From positions 322,648,001 through 322,712,000 of the forward strand of contig OZ024743.1 of the NCBI GenBank assembly GCA_964016885.1: a DNA stretch of 64,000 nt, given 5' to 3'. Below, piece after piece: positions 53,004-64,000 of this stretch. The position numbers were made by a program, and so were the translations under genes. How positions within the stretch are numbered: the first letter of the stretch is position 1; every line of letters starts with the position of its first letter. The notes below the pieces were generated by a model. It had not been told where the DNA came from, did no database searches, and saw nothing but the letters and a program-made list of their open reading frames with translations. The DNA comes from Eledone cirrhosa. Its lineage: Eukaryota.

Positions 53004-53405
53004 CTAAAATGAAAATAATTTCTTTGATTTTTCTGAAATAATGAATGACATGAATGATGATAACAGTAGTAATCATAGTAATAGTATTGACCATCCTCAT
53101 TAGTTATTTTTGGCATAATTATTCAGCAGAAACTGAACAATTTTGATAGTTTCAGAGAATCTGGTGGATGATAAACCCTGCAAGAAGTCAGAACTTTGCA
53201 CTTTACCATTCATATAGATTAACTAATCATCTAATTAGAATAATTAGTTAAATTTTAATTGGTTCTCTGATTTACAATATGTTGCCTGACTTGTAAATTT
53301 TACAAACATCTGTGAATCTTAAAACCTCACAGTGACAGCTATTTGGTTGTTCAATATCATTTGCGGCATATTGTTTTTCTATTGTTTTTGATAATTACTC
53401 TTTAG

Positions 53406-53541
53406 CAGTGGTTCTCAATCTTTTTTTATCTATGGTCCCTTATGAACCCTATTTTACTCTGGTGGACCCCCACAGCCATTCGATGTTTAAAAAATTCTAT
53501 TTTCTTTTGTTCAGTTTGAACTTAAGACAAAGGAGGAAAAT

Positions 53542-53579
<38 letters not shown>

Positions 53580-54553
53580 TCATCATCATCATCATCATCG
53601 TCATTTAACATCCATCTTCCATGCTAGCATGGGTAGGACAGTCTATCCCTTTGTGAGGGATCAGGTTGGGGACCATGATTTGCTAATACAGAACTGATTT
53701 TGGCTTTCTGGCTTGATTTCTATGGCTGGATGACCTTCCTAATGCCAACCACATTTACAGTGTGTGCTGGGTACTTTTTGCCATGTCGCCTACATGACCA
53801 CTTTACAGCGTGGACTGGGTGCTTTTTGTCATGACACCTACATGACCACTATAGTGTGGGCCAGGTTCTTTTGTCATGGCTCCAGGGAGATCACTTTATA
53901 GAGGAGATTGAAACTGGAAACAATATTCTTGCATTTGTGTGTATTTATATATATATATATATATATGTATAAATAAGTGTGTGTATGTCATTGCATGTAC
54001 TAAATTCATATATTGATACCATGTGCATTTAGTCACATTCAACCCAGTATTGGAGAGATTAGATGATTTTGGAATTCCCTCACTGATGATCCTTTTCAAA
54101 ATATCTAATTTCGCTGTTATTTGGTGAAATGTATTCTGATTTTGTGGAGAATACATATGAGGAAAATATATTGATCGTTATCAGGTATTTTGTTTTAATT
54201 TTTTATTAAATTTAATAGGATACTCAATGAATTATGTAATCTTACATTCAGTACAGAAGTTTTGATGTATTTTAATGTACACTTATGTGTGTATGGATAT
54301 ATTTCATTCACTTTTTTATAATGATATATATAGATGTATGAATTTATCTATACTTCATCTTTACTTTTTGTTTTCTCTCTCTAAGTTTTCATATATTTTC
54401 TTTAAAGCAAAAGTTTTTCATGGCCCATTAAAATACTACTGTGGACCCCCAATTTACTTTTTTTTTTTGTGAGGACCCAAAAAATTCTTATATGGATGCC
54501 CAGAGACTATATGGATGCCCAGAGACCATATGGACTTCGATTGAGAACCACTA
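53406..54553. mobile_element. hAT (Charlie/MER5-like) non-autonomous element with nested RTE 3' fragment
   Basis: TIRs CAGTGGTTCTCAATC / GATTGAGAACCACTA; 8-bp TSD CTCTTTAG / CTCTATAG; RTE tail fragment at ~53578-53880. Confidence 0.8.
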
Positions 54554-55033
54554 CTCTATAGCCTTTTTTTGCAATAAATAAAAAAAAAGCCATGCCATGA
54601 AAAGGTTAATTATTAAATCTTCCCAAGTGCTTGATTATTTCAAAATTAATAGACATACATAGTTGGTATATTCCATTAGAAATACGCCTATGAAAGGGTT
54701 AAGAGCAAGACTAGAAATATATATTCTCTTATAGATAGTATAGGATTAGTTTTTGGTTAATCATATGCATCCTGTACCATAAAAATAGTTGTTTGCTTCA
54801 GCTTTCATGGCTATCAGGGCCAAGTTAACCCTCTGAGTTAGAATGGTTATTTCAATAAATCTCCCTCCCTATTCTCTGGGCTTTCTCTGTTCTGTTTGCT
54901 TGGACCATGAATCAGCTTGTGCCTGGAGTTCTGCACACCAGAGAGCATTATCCAACATTATCCAGGCATATATCATAGCTTTATAATATATCACTTCGTG
55001 TTTTTTTTAATAAATTAATAAAGAGTAACTGAC

Positions 55034-55141
55034 CAGGGAAGATTTGATGCAGTGAGAAGAAAGACCAGATCATCAGTCTTAGCTAAGCCATCCATTTGTA
55101 CTAACAACTCTGTCTTCATCCTTCTGCTACCTTCATGTTCC
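55034..55141 (-). CDS. KATNAL2: KATNAL2 coding exon (not in the ORF track)
   Basis: Translated by hand: [35 protein letters not shown](W). 108 nt, ttacag acceptor, gtcagt donor, phase 2/2. Confidence 0.95.
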
Positions 55142-55599
55142 CTGTAATAAACAGCAGCAATATTGTCACATCTTCAATTAATGGTTTCATAGTTATTATA
55201 TTGATTTCTGATTTAGCCACAAAGCCAACAATTTCGGGGAGGGGAAAGTCGATTGGCACCTTTTCACCCAGTAATCATCATCCATGAACATCACATGTCC
55301 ATACTAACAATCTCCTCTCCTGCACACTACATCTGATTCTGCTTATACTCAGTTTTTCTCTCAGTTCATCCAAACTTTGTCATTCTCTTAAATTGAGACA
55401 TAATACTCCAACTGTCTAGTAAAGTAGCAGCTCTGAATAAAGATTAACTTAGACCATAGACTATACAAACCCATCCAACCCATACCAACGTCGACAGTGG
55501 ATGTAAGATGATAGTGATGCTGGTGGCGTAGTATTGAATAAACTGCCTTGAAATGCTAAAGGTGTAATATTTTCAAATATTTTCATATCCAGAACTTAC

Positions 55600-55697
55600 A
55601 TTCCTTGACCATTTGAGCCACGTTGACTCATCAGTGAGTCCAGTTCATCAAGAAAGATTGTTGATGGTGCATGGAACCGAGCCAACTCAAATAAAAC
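55600..55697 (-). CDS. KATNAL2: KATNAL2 coding exon (Walker B)
   Basis: [32 protein letters not shown](M). 98 nt, AG/GT, phase 0/2. Confidence 0.95.
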
Positions 55698-56132
55698 CTG
55701 CAATAGAAAGTAAAAGATACAGGTGAAATTGAAAGATATAAATGTTATAAGAAAGTTGGGAAATCCATCAGCAATAATTTTCATAATATACATTATCTTT
55801 AGCAGTGATTTAATTACTAATTATACTGTCACATTATTGGCTTGTTTTTTTGTTTTTTTGCAGAGCGGGGTACTGTTTAGTCAGGGAAAAAGGTCAATGC
55901 CCTTGACCTTTTTCAATGCTTCTATGACAGGTGGATGAGAGAGAAAAAGTTATGTTCAAACTGGAGTCATAGCCTGAAAGTTTGCAACTTAGTGGATACA
56001 ACTAGAATCAGGTGATGGTGTTAAGCTGAACAAAGGATTATGTCTACCATGGTAGTCCATGGCAGGATTTGAACTCAGAATGCAAGAAGCTTAAACAAGT
56101 ACCACAAATATCTCATCCAAATCTTTAATAAG

Positions 56133-56286
56133 TCTGCCAATCCACCACTCAAGACTGGGACACAGCGTTTTAGCAAATCTGCCAATCCACCACCCAAAAC
56201 TGGGGCACAACGTTTTAGCAAATCTGCTAATCCACCACCCAAGACTGGGGCACATCATTTTAGCAAATCTGCCAATCCACCACCCG
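56133..56286. repeat. 45-bp minisatellite (~3.5 copies) from an amplified SINE 5' end
   Basis: TCTGCYAATCCACCAC recurs at 56133, 56178, 56223 and 56268; it is the reverse complement of the SINE head GTGGATTGGCAG. Confidence 0.8.
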
Positions 56287-56859
56287 AGAGTGGAGCTTAA
56301 AGTTGATCTTGGTGGGATTTGAACTCAGAGCATCAGAGCAAATACTGCAAGACATCTTATCCTATGCTCTATTGATTTGTGTAGTAAAATATGTATTGTG
56401 TCCAGACGTGACTGAGTAGAAGGGTTTCTTGAAAAATAACCATGAGGTCAACAGTCCATGTCATGTGATGCTGGTTTTATTTAGTCAAGGGTCAATTCTG
56501 ACTCAGTAGAGTTATAATAAAAAGTTGTTCCAGCTGTGACAATCCCATCTTTTTTATGCCATAATGTATCTAGGATACATTATTCATATGTATCCTTCCT
56601 GTAGTAGTGTGTAATTTAGTTGGTATTTTTAGCATGGTGACCAGCTACATTGGCTCTCTCACTGAAGGTATTCCATCCACGACCATCTTGTTGGTTCAAT
56701 AATTAAAACATTTAACTGACCAAAGCCAAGTCTACATACCATTAAGTTGATGTTGTTGTTTAATTCGAGATCAACTGATGAAATAGATCTGTAATGAAGC
56801 TATTCCAGCTATGACTATTTTCTTGTACCTCATGTACATCAGATGATGCCATTGTGTAT

Positions 56860-57970
56860 GGGTTTAGGAGATCAGCAAAGTATTCTCTCCACCTCCCGAG
56901 GATGCACCTCTCTGAAGAGAGGCGAACCCCCAGATGTGTTCCTGATAGCAGGTGTGGAGGGCAAGTTCATATGACAAAGTTAGTGGACGATCTGCCAGAA
57001 TACTTTATTTGCTGATCTGGTCAAATTCCATCTTAACCCTAACGTCCTCCCATGTTTTAACTTTGGATGCCATTACTGTCTCTGATACAACATTTTGTGC
57101 CTGTTTGTTCTGCAAGTGTAAGAAGCAGGACTATTTTCAAACCAAGCTTTGTAAGCCTTCTACTTTCTGAGATGGCATCTTTAACTTCCCGATTGAACCA
57201 AAGGGTCCTCCTGCCACCTGGTGCCACACTAAGCTACTTTTGTCTGCAACATTTAACAGCTGAAGCAGAAACTTCCAATTTAAACAATCTCTACTGTTTC
57301 AACATCCTTAGTTTACTCCGGGAGTTCTCTGAATTTAGATGTCCTAGTTTACACCTCACTGGATCGAGATCTTTGGCGCTATGCAGTTGTACAGAAGACC
57401 CACCTTCCCTTGCATATAAACCTACAGTCAGTAGGCACCTCTTAATCCAATATACACCCCACCCCACACACCCTATCCCATCCTCCCATTTCTGTCCACT
57501 GTGTCGGTGACACAACAAAAAGCACCCAGTCCACACTGTAAAGTGGTCATGTAGGAGACATGGTAAAAAGGCTCCCAGTCCACACTGTAAATGTGGTTGG
57601 CATTAGGAAGGGCATCCAGCCATAAAAAACCTGCCAGAGACAGTTCCATACGAGTGAGACACGGTTCATAACCAATCCTGCATCAAATGGAACAAAACCG
57701 TCTAACCCATGCTAACGTGGAAGATGGATGTTAAACGATGATGATGATGATGAGTGTCCGCATACTTGGTCCTGACTTCCTTATCTACCAAAGCTTCCCA
57801 CTTTATCTTAGATCAAGCTGAACCAGCAAGTTTTGTTGGTTTTCTTGGCCTTAGGTAGTCTCAGGTTACAGATAACTAGATGGTGATCAGTTGACAGATC
57901 AGCCCCTCTCTTAACACAAACATCCAGCACAGAATCAAAGAGATCAGAGACAAAATCAATTATTGATCTC
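56860..57970 (-). mobile_element. Old RTE-like (different family) APE/linker fragment interrupted by an RTE 3' end (~57345-57753, +)
   Basis: Minus-strand peptides RSIIDFVSDLFDSVLDVCVKRGADLSTDHHLVICNL and KAYKAW...SANKVFWQIV; the inserted piece ends in (GAT)n. Confidence 0.6.
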
Positions 57971-58889
57971 TGTTCCCAATTCCACTTATACCATGTGTAT
58001 TTATGTCTGGAATGCCTTTAATCATAAGTCTGTCAGATAAAGGTCAATCTAGGGTTGCACTACAACAGCAACAACAACAACATCTCCCTGCAGAGGACCA
58101 GAAGCATGGAAATGCCATTATCATAGACTGTTGAATTGATAGAATTCAAAAAGACCTTACAGAAGGACCAGTCATTCAATACATGGAAGAAAGAGGGTCT
58201 GCACCCTCCATAAAACCTCCAGAGGGACCAGTCATCCAATTTAGCAACAGCATGGTAGGTTTCTAATGAAATACACTATTTCAATTAATTAATGAAGGTA
58301 CATGGCTTAGTGGCATTGGCCTTGCAATCGAAAGGTTGTGAGTTCAATTCTCAGACCGGGTGATGTGAGCAAGACACTTTATTGAACAAGACACTTTATT
58401 TCACATTGCTCCAGTTTACTCAGCTGTAGAAATGAGATGATAGGGACTGGAGTCCATATCATTCCACTGTAAATGAGGTTGGTGTTAGGAAGGGCATCCA
58501 GCTGTAGAAATCAAGCCAGAATCAGTTCCCGTCCCACCCTGGCAAGCAGGGAAAAAGCGGACGTAAAATGAAATGATGATGATGATGATGAATGAAGAAT
58601 TTTCAGAAATTTATGAAAATGATTAATTATTTCATGACTAAAATAGAAACTCAACATATAGTTCTTATGTAAAATTATGTTGGAGGACTTTAGTTTAAAT
58701 AGGGACTCTTTAAAATGGGTGGCTTTGTTTCATTGAACTAGAATTTATTTTCGCCAGGTTATCCAAAGGGTTATATGACTGAAGGGATGTTACTTACTAA
58801 AAGGGGCTGCAATTATTGGGTGAACTCCACCATTCAATAAACAGAAATTAATAAATAGAGAGGATCTGACTATGTCTAAGGGTCAATAT

Positions 58890-59418
<529 letters not shown>

Positions 59419-59661
59419 TTAATCTGAAATTGAAAGTGATCAAATTGATCTAATGCTACAGTTTATGGACATGTAATAAATTGGTGGAGTGATTAAAAGA
59501 GAGGACAAGTGCCTAGCTGTATTTGTTCTAGTCCTAACCACTATGAATTTAAATTATCCAAGAGCCTCAATACTAGCTGTATTTTTCTGGCCCTCACCAC
59601 TATAAATTTAAATTACCCCCGAGCCTACTTAGGTGGTAAACTAATCCAACACCTAGTTTAA

Positions 59662-60130
59662 CCCTTTCATTACTCTATTTCTAATGAAATACACTGCCTA
59701 TGTTTCAGTTACTTTTTAAAATATCTAAAAATTTGGAGTAATTTAATAAATAATTTTTTTTCATTATAATATAATATTTAGGAGAGTAGATTGCCAGTAT
59801 CAGTAGAGCACCGGATAACAAGCTTTCCAGCATATAGTTATGTCCCTTTACATTCTGAGTTCAAATTTCGCTGAGATTAATTTTTCCTTTCATCCTTACA
59901 GGGTCGATAAAATAAAGTACCAATAATCCACTGGGTCAATTTTATCAACTTCCCCTCCACCCCAAAATGGTTGGCCTAGCATCTAAATCAGAAACTATTA
60001 TTGCTGATATTTAGAAAATATTCTATAAAAATGTCTAAAAATGTCTATAATGAAGAAAGAATTTAATATAAAAATAAACATTTTATATCATAAATCCAGG
60101 GTGCTTTGGGATAGTTTGGTATGAAAAGGG
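59662..60130. mobile_element. piggyBac-type MITE with nested SINE
   Basis: TTAA-CCCTTTCAT...ATGAAAAGGG-TTAA. Confidence 0.7.
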
Positions 60131-60552
60131 TTAACACCAACCATTTGTTAGATGAGCTCACTTGAGGAGCTCACTCATATCCAAGATCCTTGAGTGTCTT
60201 TAGAGGTCACATCTCTGAGTTAAATATACCTTTCTTCCTACTACCATTCTCAGAAGCCCTAAAACTGGTCATGAGGACTGAGTTTTTCCTCTCTCACTAA
60301 CCAGTAAAACAATCACATGCTATCTACTTAGAAAGGGCTATACTGAATAATATATTCTTGATATGTATGAATAAAAGATGAGGCGGTCACAGCTAGTATG
60401 CCTTTCAACATAAAGGTTTGCTTGATTAGGAGTGACCTGGAGCTAAACATCAACCATGAAGAAATTCAGCAAGCAAGGGAGTCTCTATGTAGTCACTTTA
60501 TATGCTAGAAACAGTAACCAAATCTCCCTCAAATTATACCCTACATTCTTAA

Positions 60553-60786
60553 CCCTTTCATTACGATATTTCTAATGAAAAACACTGTCTATAATGTTTG
60601 AATAATTTTAAATGTAATCAAGAATTTAGGTGGATTTACTACTATAACAAACTTTCTCATTATTAAGCTGGTGTTTGGAACAAAACTTAATGGTTTTTTG
60701 TGTAATATTATGATGGAAGTATTTTAGATTAATATAAATACTTTAAAATAGACAGTTTAGTTTCAGTTGATTTTGTATGAAAAAGG
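60553..60786. mobile_element. piggyBac-type MITE (second copy)
   Basis: TTAA-CCCTTTCATTAC...GTATGAAAAAGG-TTAA; body similar to 59662-60130. Confidence 0.65.
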
Positions 60787-60961
60787 TTAAATAATGACAT
60801 ACAATAAATGTTATCCTTTCTACATATATCATGTCAGGAAAATAAAAACTAGACTGCCTTTAATGATAGGTCTACTGGACCAGAGCTGACCTGGGATTAA
60901 ACAACAACATATTAGGAATTGTTAGTTTTATCAGTAATGACAAGTGAGATCGTTACTTTAC

Positions 60962-61025
60962 CTGGAGGTCCATACAGTAATAAACCTTTCCATGGAGACA
61001 AGATTCCTTTAAACAAGGATGGGTA
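60962..61025 (-). CDS. KATNAL2: KATNAL2 coding exon (start of Walker A)
   Basis: [21 protein letters not shown](G). 64 nt, tttcag acceptor, gtaaag donor, phase 0/1. Confidence 0.95.
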
Positions 61026-61195
61026 CTGAAACATACAGATAAATATATAAATAAATATATAAATAAATAAATAAATACATAAATGTCCATCCCTTCGTCC
61101 ATGCATCCATCCATTGATCCATCTGTCTATCAACCTACCTACCTATCTGTCATTCATCTATCTATCTATCTATCTATCTATTTATCCATCTATCT

Positions 61196-61897
61196 GAGCA
61201 AAAGGAAGAAAGGAGCACTTGCACAACACGCTCCTTGAGTTGAGGGTTGTTCTATCGACGGGGTATTAAACAACCCATTTGTGGCGCCTCCCCCCTATTG
61301 GGGATTTCGATTGTTGAAATTGTTTGTTTTTATATTTTTTACACGACTGTATGTAAAATCCCCGGCATGTCTTTGTATTGTCCCCTTTCTTGTTGCGCCC
61401 TTGTGGCTAATAAAGAAATCTATCTATTTATCCATCTATCTGGTTATGGCTATGGTGAAAGAGGTTATATGGTGGACGAGGTTAAAAGGGCTGAGGTCAG
61501 ACACCTTTCTCTCCAGCGAGCAACTGATTCGTTTTTTCAAATATCATTTTGGAAGAAGAATCAGGATGAAGAGAGAGGTGCTGTACCCCAGCAAATTTTA
61601 TAAAAGGTGGGTGAATGTGGCAAAGATGGCCCGAGTGGTTGGGCCTTCTCTCTATATAAGCCTGTAGGTTGATGAAAAAGAGGAAGAGAGGAAGGGAGTA
61701 CTCACTCTTGGTGCTTCTGGAGATGAGGGTTGTACATTTTTTCGGGGTGTGTACAACCCGTGTAACACCTCCCCCCTATTGGGGATTTCAATTGTTATTT
61801 GTTATTGTATTAATAGTTTTATTTTCATATACCTGTATGTAAACTCCCCATTTGTATTTGTCCCCTTCTTTTGTGTCCTTGTGGCTAATAAAAAATT
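61196..61897 (+). mobile_element. Two tandem 5'-truncated Tx1-like LINE 3' ends
   Basis: 61196-~61418 (3' UTR only) and 61442-61897 (AMVKEVIWWTRLKGLRSDTFLS... plus 3' UTR), separated and flanked by the same 21-bp sequence. Confidence 0.82.
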
Positions 61898-61959
61898 TAT
61901 CTATTTATCCATCTATCTATCTATCAACCTACCTATCTATTCTTCATAAAATGTGTGTT

Positions 61960-62037
<78 letters not shown>

Positions 62038-63502
62038 TCATTGAAATTTGATCAGAAAATAGTATCCAGAAACCTATAAAGGCTGATTTAATCCACTTAT
62101 TATATCTGTCTATGAATTGTGTGGTTTGATACAAATGGAGTTAAAATTAAAATTATGTGGCTATGGAGCAAATTTCTGAGCCACACCATCATGCTTGTAT
62201 CTATTTAGAGAAAATAGCAATATTTTAGCATACTTTATGCATAAAGTAAAAAAGAAAATGTATCAAGAAAGGTATTATATATTTATATTAAATGTATTAT
62301 ATATTTTAAGGTGGTGGCAAAGCCATTAGAATGTCAGATAGAATGCTTTGCAGTATTCATTCCAACTCTCTGTGCTCTGAGTTCAAATACCACTGAGTTC
62401 AACTTTGTCTTTCATCCTTACAAGGTTAATAAATATAGTACCAGTCCAACACTGGAGTCAATTGTTCTTCTATAACTCTTTCTGACGCCCTCTCTATCAC
62501 TCTCACCCCTCTTTTGGAACAAATTTGCTGTTTTCAGACCTGGAGAGAGGATGGGCTCTGCCAGGTTTAAACAAAAATGCCCAAGAAATACTACTGTATG
62601 TCACTATGTCACTCCTACAACTGGACCAGGATTTACAAGACAATACATACTAACATTATATATTTTAGCCTATAAATATAAATAATGTAAACTATGCATG
62701 ATTATTAATAACTTCTGAAATCAATAAATGAAACATAGTTACTAAGACTTTAAAATTACAAGTTTGGTTGGTATTTAAGATTTTTGAAATATAATTTTAT
62801 ATTTAGAAAATGTAGGAATCCCAAACCCAGAAATAAACCACAACAACAATCAATTGCTATAAATAATAGCTTAGAATATAGAATAAAATATCCCTATGGA
62901 CAAGAAAAAGTGGCCAGCGGATGCTTTTTGGAACACCTAGCTTAGCAAGTGCCTCTATGACTATTGTAAACTTTCTCAACAACATCACCAACAATACCAC
63001 AACAACATCATTATCATCTATGTCAGTCTCCACCTGCAACAGATTGCACACTATGATGACTTAGTTGCTTTCAATGTTTCCTATTTTATGTGGCTTTGTT
63101 TAGTTCTTATAGATTTAAAACAGATCATTTATAGTCATAGTCCCACCAGCACCTCAGTGGCCTACCCCTCTTTCTTTTACCCACACATGTTTTAAGAAAG
63201 ACCTTTTTGTGGATATGTTTACATATCACCTGAGAAGAGATAATCAGGAATGATCTGAAAGCCTAGAACCTGGACTAAAACTTCTCCCTGGAACGAACAC
63301 CCAGGAGAGATGATTTGAAAGAGGCTACCAAAATGTCCAATGTTTGTGACGAGTAAAGAAGACTTTAAACCAGATGACGATGAAGATGATTATGATTTAT
63401 GTGACCAAAGAGCTCTGCTTTTGACGACAACAAAACAAAAAGAGTAGGAGAAATAATAACAAAAACAGACTGAAGGCTAAACAACAACAACAACATACTT
63501 AC

Positions 63503-63601
63503 CTTTATTGGATACACTACAGCTTCCTTCACTAATCTCTTGGCTTCATCTAAACCAATAATATCATTCCATCCAAGATTTGGGTTATGGACATAAATCT
63601 C
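63503..63601 (-). CDS. KATNAL2: KATNAL2 coding exon (first in window; gene continues beyond window end)
   Basis: Encodes [33 protein letters not shown], matching recalled KATNAL2 [33 protein letters not shown]. 99 nt, cag acceptor, gtaagt donor, phase 0/0. Confidence 0.95.
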
Positions 63602-64000
63602 CTGTTTATGGAACACAAAACAACAAAGTACACTTAGACAGATTAAAGAGACAACAGAACATGTTAGGAACAGGCACAAAGATATTGGGTGGAGTGTGAC
63701 TTAGAAATATTGGTGGCAGGGGACTTAGACATATTGGAGGGAAGAATCAGAGATATTTGGGGGTGGACTCAGAAATATTCAGGAGTGGGGGCAGGGACTC
63801 AGAAACATTGGTGGTAGAGATATTTAATAGAATATCTTATGTATTTACTCCAGCTCTTTGTACTCTGAGTTAAAATCCAGCTGAAGTTAACTTTATATCA
63901 TCATCATTTTACATCCACTTTCCAGGTTGGTATAGGTTGGACTTTATATATATGCACATCTATCTATTTATCTTCGGTCCATACCTCGACGGCCTACCGC

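Overview
Repeat-rich animal genomic DNA, most likely an octopod cephalopod (inferred from the SINE, RTE and microsatellite content). Most long ORFs in the supplied track are artefacts of (TA)n or (GTT/GGT)n repeats. The only clear host gene is the 3' part of KATNAL2 (katanin p60 A-like 2 AAA ATPase). It has 8 minus-strand coding exons from 63601 to a stop at 39267, all with GT-AG boundaries and consistent phases, and its 5' exons lie beyond the window. The rest is transposon-derived. There is an apparently intact, very young Penelope-like element (Naiad-type RT + GIY-YIG, 809 aa) bracketed by inverted terminal repeats that each carry a hammerhead-ribozyme motif with a 116-nt stem II, plus several other PLE remnants with hammerheads. 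Also present are a non-autonomous Helitron, CR1-, RTE-, Tx1- and HERO-like LINE remnants, a solo LTR, hAT/piggyBac/pogo-type MITEs and tRNA-derived SINEs. Tandem arrays include a 79-bp minisatellite and a 9.3-kb GT-only triplet array, separated by a 200-N gap. The most notable observations are: (1) the intact PLE takes its ATG from its own inverted terminal repeat; (2) a Tx1-like family has inserted twice at the same 21-bp TATC/GATA-repeat site; (3) fold-back palindromes recur next to (TA)n tracts; (4) the RTE ORFs carry a PHD-like finger; (5) both tandem arrays show higher-order structure.
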